Sequence record: DRR723986_5317
Length of the DNA stretch: 64,000 bases
Strand: one strand, 5' to 3'
Below the pieces are notes generated by a model. That model made no database searches. It was not told where the DNA came from and worked only from the letters and a program-made list of their open reading frames with translations. Within the stretch, counting starts at the first letter, position 1. The number at the start of each line of letters is the position of its first letter. This document shows, one piece after another, positions 21,225 to 31,310 of this stretch. A program made the position numbers and the translations under genes.

Positions 21225-21680
21225 ATGAATCAAAATAAATTATCGGCAGACCCATTATCACTCATATTGGGAATATTGGCGTTATTAATTGGTGTAGCTG
21301 GTTGTTGTTGTTATGGTATAACTGCAATTGTTCCATTAATCATGTCAATAATTGGACTAGTTACAGCCAATAAAAGTCTTAGAGAGTTTGCAGAAAATCC
21401 TGATGTTTATTCACCACAATCTAGAAGTAATGTATACACGGCAAAAGTTATAAATATAATAGCCATAATAATGAATGGTATTATTGTAGTTGCCGCTGTT
21501 ACTGCGATTGCTTTTTATGGTACAATGTTGTCGTCAGGTGTTTTTGATAGATGGGAGCAAGGTGATTTTGAAGATGATGATTTTTACGATTATGAAATGG
21601 AGACTGATACTACCTCAGTGATTGAGGAGGATATCTATATATTAGAAGAAGATTCAACTAATACAGACGCTAAATACTAA
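21225..21680 (+). CDS. CCC-motif membrane protein (DUF4190-like)
   Basis: TM helices with GCCCYG; acidic tail. Confidence 0.7.
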   Translation: MNQNKLSADPLSLILGILALLIGVAGCCCYGITAIVPLIMSIIGLVTANKSLREFAENPDVYSPQSRSNVYTAKVINIIAIIMNGIIVVAAVTAIAFYGTMLSSGVFDRWEQGDFEDDDFYDYEMETDTTSVIEEDIYILEEDSTNTDAKY

Positions 21681-21687
21681 ATTAATT

Positions 21688-22848
21688 ATGGCAAAAGAAG
21701 TAAAATCCGCTAATTACGGTTTAGAAAAAATATTCGAAGGAGCACAAGATTTCCTTCCACTTTTAGGAACAGATTATGTAGAGTTTTATGTTGGCAATGC
21801 TAAACAAGCAGCTCATTTTTATAAAACTGCATTTGGCTTTCAGTCTTATGCCTACAAAGGGTTAGAGACCGGAAGTAAAGACACAGTTTCTTATGTTTTA
21901 AAGCAAGATAAAATAAGATTGGTATTAACAACACCACTAAATTCTAGTCACCCTATAAATGACCATATTGTCAAGCATGGTGATGGAGTTAAAATTGTGG
22001 CTCTTTGGGTAGATGATGCTCGTAAATCATTTGAAGAGACTATAAGTAGAGGAGCAACGTCTTATATGGAACCTGTTGTTGAGAAAGATGAATTTGGAGA
22101 GGTAGTCAGAGCTGGGATTTATACCTATGGAGAAACTGTGCATATGTTTGTAGAACGAAAAAACTACAACGGAACCTTTATGCCAGGATTTGAAAAGTGG
22201 AATTCAGATTATAATCCAGAACCAGTTGGTTTAAAATACATTGATCATATGGTTGGTAATGTAGGATGGGGAGAAATGAATACTTGGGTTAAATGGTATG
22301 AAGATGTAATGGGATTTGTAAATTTCTTGTCATTTGACGATAATCAAATCCATACAGAATATTCAGCCTTAATGAGTAAGGTTATGAGTAATGGTAATGG
22401 TCGTATTAAATTTCCAATTAATGAACCGGCAGAAGGTAAAAAACGTTCTCAAATTGAAGAATATCTAGATTTTTATGAAGGCCCAGGAGTACAACATATT
22501 GCTGTAGCAACTGATGACATTATAAATACTGTTTCAGCCATGCGTAAAAGAGGTGTTGAATTTTTGTCTATTCCACCAGAAGAATACTATAGAGCTGTTC
22601 CTGGACGATTGGAAGAGTTTAGTCATGAATTGCGTGAGGATATTGAGGTATTAAAAGGACTTGGTATTATGATAGATGCTGACGAAGAAGGGTATTTACT
22701 GCAAATTTTTACAAAACCAGTAGAAGATAGACCTACGCTATTCTTTGAGATTATTCAACGTATGGGAGCTAGAGGCTTTGGAGCAGGTAATTTTAAAGCA
22801 CTTTTTGAGTCTATTGAAAGAGAGCAAGCAAAAAGAGGAACATTATAA
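21688..22848 (+). CDS. hppD: 4-hydroxyphenylpyruvate dioxygenase
   Basis: IDHMVGNV, PINEP, GVQHIA, FFEIIQR, GFGAGNFKALFESIE. Confidence 0.97.
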   Translation: MAKEVKSANYGLEKIFEGAQDFLPLLGTDYVEFYVGNAKQAAHFYKTAFGFQSYAYKGLETGSKDTVSYVLKQDKIRLVLTTPLNSSHPINDHIVKHGDGVKIVALWVDDARKSFEETISRGATSYMEPVVEKDEFGEVVRAGIYTYGETVHMFVERKNYNGTFMPGFEKWNSDYNPEPVGLKYIDHMVGNVGWGEMNTWVKWYEDVMGFVNFLSFDDNQIHTEYSALMSKVMSNGNGRIKFPINEPAEGKKRSQIEEYLDFYEGPGVQHIAVATDDIINTVSAMRKRGVEFLSIPPEEYYRAVPGRLEEFSHELREDIEVLKGLGIMIDADEEGYLLQIFTKPVEDRPTLFFEIIQRMGARGFGAGNFKALFESIEREQAKRGTL

Positions 22849-22885
22849 AAACAAAGCGCGTTTAACTCCCTACAGTTAAACGCGC
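22847..22885 (-). terminator. 12-bp hairpin with a U-tract on the minus strand
   Basis: GCGCGTTTAACT-6 nt-AGTTAAACGCGC preceded by AAAAACAAA; no T-run after it on the + strand. Confidence 0.6.
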
Positions 22886-23160
22886 ATAAACCTGCCAATC
22901 AATGGGCAGAAAACCAACTCTCTATTTTTTAATTTCACATAATCCTGAACCTTTATTAGGGATAGATGAAATATTTGGTATGTTCTACCATTGTATCATG
23001 TAAATTTTAAAATGTGAGTATTTAACGAGAAATTTTTAAAAATAGCTGTGTGTTTTGGATTGTATTTCAATGAATTAATACATTTGGAATAGTAATTGTA
23101 TTTAAGATAATTGTAACACAAATAATGCGTTACATTATTTACATTTACAATCTATAAGAT

Positions 23161-23943
23161 ATGAAGTACGTATTTACATTATTACTATTTTTTGCAGGGC
23201 TTAACATTCCAGTTTCGCAAAAAGAGTCTGCTTTTCAAAAAGGAGAATGGTTTAAGTTTGAAATGAATTACAGCGGTTTTCTAAAAGCTGGTAATGCAAC
23301 TTTATCTTTAAATGAATCAAAGTTAGATGGTAAATCTGTTTATCATGTAGTTGGGAAAGGATGGACTACAGGTGCTATTAAATTGTTTTTTAAGGTTAAA
23401 GATCGATATGAAAGTTATTTTGATAAAGAAACAGGAGTTCCTTATAAGTTTATAAGAAAGATAGATGAAGGTGGTCATACAAAAGATATAGAAATAAAGT
23501 TTGATCACAATAATAGAAAAGCCATAGTTAACAATAAGAAAAAGAATAAAATAAAAACTGTAACAACTGAGAAGGATGTGCAGGATATGGTCTCTACCTA
23601 TTATTTTTTACGAAATCAAATAGATGTAGAAACTCTTAAACCAGGTGATGAGATACAAACCAATATGTTTTTTGATTTTGAAAATTACGGATTTAAACTT
23701 CAGTATTTAGGCAGAGAAGTCATTAAAACAGAATTTGGTAAAGTAAAAACTTTAAAGTTTAGACCATATGTTATGGCCGGAAGGGTGTTTAAAGAAGAAG
23801 AAAGTTTAACTTTGTGGGTAAGTGCAGATAAAAATAGAATTCCACTGAAAATAAAAGCAGATTTAGCAGTAGGATCGCTGCGTGCAGATTTAGTTGCATT
23901 TAAAGGTTTAAAACACTCGTTTCAGGTAGAATTTGAGGATTAA
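23161..23943 (+). CDS. DUF3108 domain secreted protein
   Basis: AFQKGEW, FFKVKDRYESY, LWVSADKNRIPLKI. Confidence 0.8.
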   Translation: MKYVFTLLLFFAGLNIPVSQKESAFQKGEWFKFEMNYSGFLKAGNATLSLNESKLDGKSVYHVVGKGWTTGAIKLFFKVKDRYESYFDKETGVPYKFIRKIDEGGHTKDIEIKFDHNNRKAIVNNKKKNKIKTVTTEKDVQDMVSTYYFLRNQIDVETLKPGDEIQTNMFFDFENYGFKLQYLGREVIKTEFGKVKTLKFRPYVMAGRVFKEEESLTLWVSADKNRIPLKIKADLAVGSLRADLVAFKGLKHSFQVEFED

Positions 23944-23947
23944 AATT

Positions 23948-24880
23948 ATGGCAGACCAACCCAATTATGATGATATTATAAAGGCACTTCAAGAGAAGTA
24001 CGAAAAAATTGACCAAGATACAGATGACCATTTATACGGCTTGCTATATAGCAAGCCGATTACGTATTGGGATTATATACAAACCGATGCGTTACTAAAT
24101 CTTCAAATTCAGCGCACCACACTACCAGATGAAATGGTGTTTATTGCTTATCATCAAATAAATGAACTCATTTTTAAAATGATACTTTGGGAGATTTCTC
24201 AAGTGGCAGAAGAAGAAAAACTAGATGTTGCCTTTTTTGAAAGCAAGATAATGCGCATTAGTAGATATTTTGATATGCTAACCACTTCCTTCAATATTAT
24301 GCGCGAAGGAATGGAGGTTGAACAGTATATGAAATTTAGATACACATTGACTCCTGCGAGTGGATTTCAAAGTGCACAATATAGAATGATTGAATTTGCA
24401 TCCACAGAATTAATTAATCTTATTGACTACAGATTTAGAGCCGGAATAGATAGAAATACGCCTTATACCCATGCCTTTGAACATTTATATTGGCAAGCCG
24501 CAGGAAAAGATCATAAAACAGGTAAAAAATCCACGCTTTTAATTAATTTTGAAAAGCGTTACAAAGACGAGTTTTTAAGATTCATGGAGTCATATAACAC
24601 TAAAAATCTTTGGACAAGATTTAAGGAGTTGCCAAAAGAAGATCAAAAAGATAAAGATCTAATAAAAGCAATGAGGCATTACGATTATACAGTAAACGTA
24701 ACTTGGGTAATGGCTCACTATAATGCGGCAAAGCATTATATAGAAAGTGGTATTGGAGATGGTGAGGCAACAGGAGGAAGTGACTGGAAAAAATATATGC
24801 ATCCTAAATATCAGAGACGTATTTTCTTTCCAGAACTCTGGTCTGAAGAAGAATTAAAAAATTGGGGAAATAATTTATAA
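23948..24880 (+). CDS. kynA: tryptophan 2,3-dioxygenase
   Basis: YWDYI, DEMVFIAYHQINEL, PASGFQSAQYR, TGGS. Confidence 0.9.
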   Translation: MADQPNYDDIIKALQEKYEKIDQDTDDHLYGLLYSKPITYWDYIQTDALLNLQIQRTTLPDEMVFIAYHQINELIFKMILWEISQVAEEEKLDVAFFESKIMRISRYFDMLTTSFNIMREGMEVEQYMKFRYTLTPASGFQSAQYRMIEFASTELINLIDYRFRAGIDRNTPYTHAFEHLYWQAAGKDHKTGKKSTLLINFEKRYKDEFLRFMESYNTKNLWTRFKELPKEDQKDKDLIKAMRHYDYTVNVTWVMAHYNAAKHYIESGIGDGEATGGSDWKKYMHPKYQRRIFFPELWSEEELKNWGNNL

Positions 24881-24892
24881 TTAGCTTTTTAA

Positions 24893-26206
24893 ATGCAGTT
24901 AAAACGATTAGTAGCAGTAGCTGTAATTGCAATATTAGCCTTTGCTTGTAAGAATGATAATTCGGCCGATGAGGATTATAAAAAGGAACTGGCAGAGATT
25001 ACCGAGGATGAAAAAATTCTAGAATTTGGTTTTGATTTAAATAATTACATTTTTAAACGAGACACAATAAAAAAAGGTGATAGCTTTGGCGAAATACTTC
25101 AACGAAATCACATGGGATATCCACAGATATTTCAAATAGCTGAAAAAGCTAAAGATACTTTTGATATCAGAAAACTTCAACTGGGTAAACCATACACTTT
25201 ACTATTTGATAAAGAAAGCCAGAACGATAGTGTACAGAAACCAACAACATTTATCTATCAACCAAATCAAGAAGATTATGTAGTTATTGATTTCAAAGAT
25301 TCGATAAGAGCGTATAAAAGTAAAAAGCCAATTACTTATATAGAGAAAACTGCAACAGGGATTATCGAAAGCAGTTTTTCTGAAACCCTAGAAGAAAAAG
25401 GGTTAAGTCAAAAACTTGCCAATAAGATGGCAGATGATATATACGCCTGGACTATTGATTTTAGAAGGCTGCAGAAAGGAGATAGGTTTAAAGTTATTTA
25501 TACAGATAAATATATTGACGATAGTATTTATGCTGGTGTAGATAATATTAAAGCAGCTTATTTTGAGCATAATGGAGATTCTTTATATGCCTTTGAGTTT
25601 CAAACCGATTCACTTAAAGGAATTAGAGACTATTTTAATGAGAATGCAAAAAATTTAAGACGAGCATTTTTAAAAATGCCGGTAAAATTCGGACGGTTAT
25701 CTTCACGTTATAATTTGAAACGCCGAATAGCCTATTACGGTTACAAAGTGAGACCTCATAAGGGAACTGACTTTGCGGCAGCTGTAGGAACACCTATAAT
25801 GGCCACAGCAAATGGCACTGTTGTAGAGTCTACAAGACGTGGTGGTAATGGTAAATATGTAAAAATTAGACATAATGCAACTTATAGTACCCAGTATTTA
25901 CACATGAGTAAACAAACGGTTAAAAAAGGTCAGTATGTTAAGCAAGGAGATGTAATTGGGTATGTTGGAATGACAGGTAATACTGGAGGGCCGCACGTAT
26001 GTTATCGTTTCTGGAAAAATGGAAAACAAGTAGATCCATTTAAGCAAAAATTACCTGAAGCAGAACCAATTTCAGATAGTCTAAAAGTCAGATATCTAGA
26101 GTATATTAAACCCATAAAACAGCGTTTAGATAATATATTCTTCTTAGAGGCTGAGCCAAAGAATACAGAAAACACTATAACCGAAGATCCAATTTTACAA
26201 CCATAA
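24893..26206 (+). CDS. M23 family peptidoglycan DD-endopeptidase lipoprotein
   Basis: Lipobox AFAC; HKGTDF; YLHMS; GPHV. Confidence 0.92.
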   Translation: MQLKRLVAVAVIAILAFACKNDNSADEDYKKELAEITEDEKILEFGFDLNNYIFKRDTIKKGDSFGEILQRNHMGYPQIFQIAEKAKDTFDIRKLQLGKPYTLLFDKESQNDSVQKPTTFIYQPNQEDYVVIDFKDSIRAYKSKKPITYIEKTATGIIESSFSETLEEKGLSQKLANKMADDIYAWTIDFRRLQKGDRFKVIYTDKYIDDSIYAGVDNIKAAYFEHNGDSLYAFEFQTDSLKGIRDYFNENAKNLRRAFLKMPVKFGRLSSRYNLKRRIAYYGYKVRPHKGTDFAAAVGTPIMATANGTVVESTRRGGNGKYVKIRHNATYSTQYLHMSKQTVKKGQYVKQGDVIGYVGMTGNTGGPHVCYRFWKNGKQVDPFKQKLPEAEPISDSLKVRYLEYIKPIKQRLDNIFFLEAEPKNTENTITEDPILQP

Positions 26207-26208
26207 TA

Positions 26209-27855
26209 ATGGCACTAAAAGCAACTAATCCAACAACTACAAATAGTTGGAAAAAATTACAATCTCATTTTAATTCAGTTAAGGATGAGCACTTAAGAGA
26301 CCTTTTCAAATCTGATGAATCTCGAGCCAAAGATTTAACAATAAAATGGGACGATTTTTATGTTGATTTTTCTAAAAATAGAATTACCAATAAGACCATA
26401 GATTTACTCGTAGATTTAGCGGAAGAGCTAGATCTAAAAGATGCAATTTCGAAATATTTTAATGGAGATATTATAAATGCTACAGAAGGTAGAGCTGTTT
26501 TGCATACAGCTTTAAGATCTACTAAAGATAATGAAGTTTTTGTTGACGGTGTTAATATAATACCAGAAGTGCAACAAGTAAAGCAAAAGATTAAAACCTT
26601 TACAAATAATGTCGTTAGTGGTAATCATAAAGGCTATACAGGGAAAACAGTTACTGATGTTGTAAATATTGGTATTGGAGGTTCGGATTTAGGTCCAGCA
26701 ATGGTAGTTGATTCATTACAATACTATAAAACTCAATTAAATACTCATTTTGTTAGTAATGTAGATGGTGATCACCACAAAGAGGTTATAAAAAACTTAA
26801 ATCCAGAAACAACATTATTTGTTATTGTTTCAAAAACATTTACCACGCAAGAAACCCTATCTAATGCAAATTCCATTAGAGCTTGGTTTTTAGAGTCATT
26901 GCCTAAAGAGGCCGTTTCAAAACATTTTGTCGCAGTATCAACTAATATTGAAAGTGTAAAAGCCTTCGGTATTGATGAGAATAATATTTTTCCAATGAAA
27001 GACTGGGTTGGTGGACGTTTTTCATTATGGAGTGCGGTGGGCTTGTCAATTAGTCTTGCTGTGGGTTATGAAAATTTTGACGATTTACTTTTAGGTGCTT
27101 ATAAAATGGACGAGCACTTTAAAACATCAGATTTTAAAACTAATATTCCGGTTATATCGGCACTATTAACCATTTGGTATAATAATTTCTTTAATGCAGA
27201 AAGCGAAGCTATAATACCCTACACTCAATATTTAAATCAATTTGCAACGTATTTGCAACAAGGGATAATGGAAAGTAATGGTAAAAGTGTAGATAGAGAA
27301 GGCAAAAGGGTTAATTACCAAACAGGAACAATTATATGGGGAGAACCAGGAACTAATTCTCAACATGCATTTTTTCAGTTAATTCATCAAGGCACAAAAT
27401 TAATTCCAGCAGATTTCATAGGTTTTGTACAATCTTTGCATGGAGATAAAGACCATCATGATAAATTAATGTCTAATTATTTTGCACAGACCGAAGCTTT
27501 AATGAATGGTAAAAATGAAGTTGAAGTTTTATTAGAATTAAAGACTCAGGGCCTTTCGGATTTAGAGATTAAAACATTACTACCTTTTAAAATATTTGAA
27601 GGTAACAAACCAACTACATCCATATTAATTCAAAAATTATCACCAGAAAGCCTGGGTAAATTAATCGCTATGTACGAGCATAAAATCTTTGTACAAGGTA
27701 TAATTTGGAATATCTATAGTTACGATCAATTTGGTGTAGAATTAGGTAAACAACTGGCAAAATCTATTTTAAAAGAGCTGACAGAAACTTCAGATGAAGG
27801 GAGTCACGATACATCCACACAAAGTCTAATAGATTATTTTAGAGAAAATCGTTAA
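26209..27855 (+). CDS. pgi: glucose-6-phosphate isomerase
   Basis: GIGGSDLGP, SKTFTTQET, GGRFSLWS, DQFGVELGK. Confidence 0.98.
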   Translation: MALKATNPTTTNSWKKLQSHFNSVKDEHLRDLFKSDESRAKDLTIKWDDFYVDFSKNRITNKTIDLLVDLAEELDLKDAISKYFNGDIINATEGRAVLHTALRSTKDNEVFVDGVNIIPEVQQVKQKIKTFTNNVVSGNHKGYTGKTVTDVVNIGIGGSDLGPAMVVDSLQYYKTQLNTHFVSNVDGDHHKEVIKNLNPETTLFVIVSKTFTTQETLSNANSIRAWFLESLPKEAVSKHFVAVSTNIESVKAFGIDENNIFPMKDWVGGRFSLWSAVGLSISLAVGYENFDDLLLGAYKMDEHFKTSDFKTNIPVISALLTIWYNNFFNAESEAIIPYTQYLNQFATYLQQGIMESNGKSVDREGKRVNYQTGTIIWGEPGTNSQHAFFQLIHQGTKLIPADFIGFVQSLHGDKDHHDKLMSNYFAQTEALMNGKNEVEVLLELKTQGLSDLEIKTLLPFKIFEGNKPTTSILIQKLSPESLGKLIAMYEHKIFVQGIIWNIYSYDQFGVELGKQLAKSILKELTETSDEGSHDTSTQSLIDYFRENR

Positions 27856-28018
27856 AATTTGTTAAAAAGTTTTCAATAAATTAATTTTGCACGCATAGAT
27901 ATTGCGAATTACATAATTAACTTTGCGGTGTTAAAATTATTAACATTTAGGTAATGTAAATACCAATGTTATATGTAATTTTGCGGCGATAATTGAAACC
28001 AATTAACTTAAATTTTAT

Positions 28019-30670
28019 ATGAAAAAATTTACTCAATTTTTATTTGCGGTTGTACTGATGCTATTCAGTACAGTAGCATTTGCTCAAAGCACTATTAAAG
28101 GTAAGGTAATAGATGCTGAAATGAATTCACCACTTCCTGGAGCTAACATTATAGAGAAGGGAACGACAAATGGTGCAACTACTGATTTTGATGGTAACTT
28201 TACAATTACTACACAATCAGATTCTGGTGTTCTTATAATTTCTTATGTAGGATTTTCTCCAAAAGAAGTTAAGTTTAGCGGAGACGCTGATTTAGGAACC
28301 ATAGTTCTTTATGCAGACAATACATTAGAAGAAGTGGTTGTTGTAGGAACAGGAGTAATTGATTTAGCTGAAACAAGAAGAACACCTGTTGCAGTTTCAA
28401 CAATCAAAGGAAAAGATATTCAACTAAAAATTGCTGGTAACGCAGAATTTGGTGAATCGTTTAAAAATACTCCTTCGGTTTATGTTTCTAACCAAGCAGG
28501 TGGTTTTGGGGATAGCCAAATTTTCTTAAGAGGTTTTGATCAAACAAACACTGCTTATCTTTTAAATGGTCAGCCGATTAATGGTATGGAAGATGGTAGA
28601 ATGTATTGGTCTAACTGGTCTGGTATGGCAGATGTTGCCAATGCAGTACAAGTACAAAGAGGTTTGGGTTCGTCTAAATTAGCAATTTCATCGGTTGGTG
28701 GAACAGTAAATATTATTTCAAGAACTACCGATAAATCTCAAGGAGGATTCATCAGATTCACAGGTGGTAATGATAGCTATCTTAAAACTACTGCATCGTA
28801 TAGTACAGGTGTAAACGATAAAGGATGGGCTTTTTCATTTTTATTAGATCACTGGCAAGCACATAGAAAGTATTCTATAGGTACAGCGGGTCAAGGACAG
28901 AACTACTTGTTTTCTGTTGGTTATAAGCCAAATGAAAAAAATACATTTAACTTTTTAATTACTGGTGCGCCTCAATGGCACGATCAGAATTTTTCACAAG
29001 ATTTAGAGTTTTATGAGCAATATGGTGAAAAAGCAAATAGTAACACCGGATTTCTTGATGGAGAGCGTTTTACTGAAAGACGTAACTATTATCACAAGCC
29101 AGTTGCTAACTTAAACTGGGATTTAGATATCAACGATAAATTAGATTTATCAACCGTATTATACGCATCATGGGGACGTGGTGGTGGAACTGGCGGTGTA
29201 GGTCGAGGTAGAATAAGAAACGAAGATATCGGAATTACAGGAAGAAACGAAAGAGAAATAAATTTTGATGCAATTGTAGAAAATAATATTGCTACTGCTA
29301 CAACAATAGATGGAGGTCAATATGGTACTTTTGGAGACTCATATTTAAGAAGATCATCTGTAAATAACCACAACTGGTATGGTTTACTTTCTAATCTACA
29401 ATATGAAGCTAATGAGAATTGGTCAATGAATATTGGTGTAGATGGTAGAACTTATAATGGTTTTCACTTTAGACAATTGAACAATACACTTGGCTTAGAT
29501 GGTTATAATGATAATTTTAGAACTGATCGTCCAAGTGATTACGTAATAACTGAAACTTTTGAAGCTAATCCTTGGTCTTCGTTATTTGATTTTGCAGATA
29601 ACGATCAAAGATATGATTACAATTACGAAGAAGTAATTCAATATTTAGGTGCTTTCGGTCAAGCAGAGTATGCAAATGATAATTTCTCAGCATTTGTGCA
29701 AGGTGCTGTTTCTACACAATCATATCAGAGAGAAGGATTCTTTACAGGTAGAGGAAATGGATTAGGGAAATCTAAAAAAGTAAGCAAAGAAGGATACAAT
29801 ATAAAAGGTGGTGCAGCGTATATTTTTAATGAACAACATTCTGTTTTTGCTAACGCAGGATTCTATTCTCGTCAACCATTTTTAGATAATATTTTTGCTG
29901 ATATTAGATATGATAACAGATTAGCTGAACCTGAAGTTGATAATGAAGAAATTACAGGATTTGAAGGTGGATATCGATTTAAGAATAATACACTAAGAAT
30001 TAATATCGATGTTTACAGTACAGAATGGGGAAATAGATTTTTATCTTTAAATGGACCTGTACAAGCAGGTGACGACGGTGTGTTAAATACTTCTGATGAT
30101 GAGTTTAGTACTTATCGTTTAACGGATGTTACCCAAAGGCATAATGGTATTGAATTCGATTTAGAATATCGTCCTTTAGGTGCGACATGGTCTTTAAGAG
30201 GTTACGGATCATTAGGTAACTGGAAATATGATGGTGAAACTCCTTATACACTTCAAAATGATGATACTGGTGATTTCATTACAACAGATGGAAAAGCTGA
30301 CTTAACAGATGTAAAAGTTGGTAACGCACCTCAGACATCTTTTGGTATTGGATTTAGAGCAGACATCTTTCAGGGACTTTCTGTAGATATGGATTATAAT
30401 ATTTATACAGATTTATATGAGTTTGTAGATCCTGCAGATGTAGCAGAGGCTGCTTTAGCTGGTGGTAAATATGAGTCAGTCAGATTACCTGCTTATACTT
30501 TAGCTGATGCTGGTTTAACTTACAGATTTACTATAGGTGGAAGTGCTATGACATTTAGAGCAAACGTATATAACCTATTTAATGAAGCTTATATTAACCA
30601 AAGAAATGCATTTGGTTACTACTTAGGCATAGGTAGAACTTGGAACGCTAGTTTACGTTACAACTTCTAA
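28019..30670 (+). CDS. TonB-dependent receptor with N-terminal carboxypeptidase-regulatory-like domain
   Basis: Signal peptide, TDFDGNF, LEEVVV, plug LRGFDQ..LNGQP, C-terminal GRTWNASLRYNF. Confidence 0.93.
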   Translation: MKKFTQFLFAVVLMLFSTVAFAQSTIKGKVIDAEMNSPLPGANIIEKGTTNGATTDFDGNFTITTQSDSGVLIISYVGFSPKEVKFSGDADLGTIVLYADNTLEEVVVVGTGVIDLAETRRTPVAVSTIKGKDIQLKIAGNAEFGESFKNTPSVYVSNQAGGFGDSQIFLRGFDQTNTAYLLNGQPINGMEDGRMYWSNWSGMADVANAVQVQRGLGSSKLAISSVGGTVNIISRTTDKSQGGFIRFTGGNDSYLKTTASYSTGVNDKGWAFSFLLDHWQAHRKYSIGTAGQGQNYLFSVGYKPNEKNTFNFLITGAPQWHDQNFSQDLEFYEQYGEKANSNTGFLDGERFTERRNYYHKPVANLNWDLDINDKLDLSTVLYASWGRGGGTGGVGRGRIRNEDIGITGRNEREINFDAIVENNIATATTIDGGQYGTFGDSYLRRSSVNNHNWYGLLSNLQYEANENWSMNIGVDGRTYNGFHFRQLNNTLGLDGYNDNFRTDRPSDYVITETFEANPWSSLFDFADNDQRYDYNYEEVIQYLGAFGQAEYANDNFSAFVQGAVSTQSYQREGFFTGRGNGLGKSKKVSKEGYNIKGGAAYIFNEQHSVFANAGFYSRQPFLDNIFADIRYDNRLAEPEVDNEEITGFEGGYRFKNNTLRINIDVYSTEWGNRFLSLNGPVQAGDDGVLNTSDDEFSTYRLTDVTQRHNGIEFDLEYRPLGATWSLRGYGSLGNWKYDGETPYTLQNDDTGDFITTDGKADLTDVKVGNAPQTSFGIGFRADIFQGLSVDMDYNIYTDLYEFVDPADVAEAALAGGKYESVRLPAYTLADAGLTYRFTIGGSAMTFRANVYNLFNEAYINQRNAFGYYLGIGRTWNASLRYNF

Positions 30671-30690
30671 TATTAGAATTATATAAAAAT

Positions 30691-30721
30691 AAAAAAGCAG
30701 CCAATCGGCTGCTTTTTTTTT
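30691..30721. terminator. bidirectional intrinsic terminator
   Basis: AAAAAAGCAGCC-AATC-GGCTGCTTTTTTTT between convergent genes. Confidence 0.9.
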
Positions 30722-30737
30722 ATAAGTAAAACTAAGT

Positions 30738-31310
30738 TTAGTTCTTTTTCCAGCGTATCGATTCCATAATTCGTTTTATATCCTTTTTTAAATATTCAGA
30801 TGCAGGATATATAGAATCATAATTTGGTTTTACATAAAAATATAAAGAACCACTTAAAAAGTGATTTACACTGTCAGTAACATAAAACTGAGATTGTGAA
30901 GCAGCATTACCACCTATTTCGTAAAGCATACCATAAACATCATCAGAAGGGCGTAAAAATTCTTTTTGTGATATCTCATCTGCTTTTACGGTGTGTTTCT
31001 GTGTGAGATTTTGTGCGTCTCTAAAAAGACTATCTAAATTTCCTTCTGTAACCTCTTTATAGGTTAAATATATAGTGGCCTTTAGTGATGGGTATTCTAT
31101 ATCGATACCCTTGGTACTGCCAGACGACTTTACTGTATTAATAGGACTTGATAATTCATTTTTATCAAAAGTGAATGGTAACGGAACTGAAGCTGTTTCA
31201 TAATTCGGATTTGGGTATTCTAATCTCAGATATCCACTAGGTTTTGGTAAAGGATCATCTCCACAACCTAACAAAAATAAACTTAGTAATGGTACTACTA
31301 ATCGCCTCAT
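30738..31310 (-). CDS. gldD: gliding motility lipoprotein GldD
   Basis: Lipobox LLGC; PKPSGYLRLEYP; GNAASQSQFYVTDS; PNYDSI; directly follows gldE. Confidence 0.93.
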   Translation of the reverse strand: MRRLVVPLLSLFLLGCGDDPLPKPSGYLRLEYPNPNYETASVPLPFTFDKNELSSPINTVKSSGSTKGIDIEYPSLKATIYLTYKEVTEGNLDSLFRDAQNLTQKHTVKADEISQKEFLRPSDDVYGMLYEIGGNAASQSQFYVTDSVNHFLSGSLYFYVKPNYDSIYPASEYLKKDIKRIMESIRWKKN

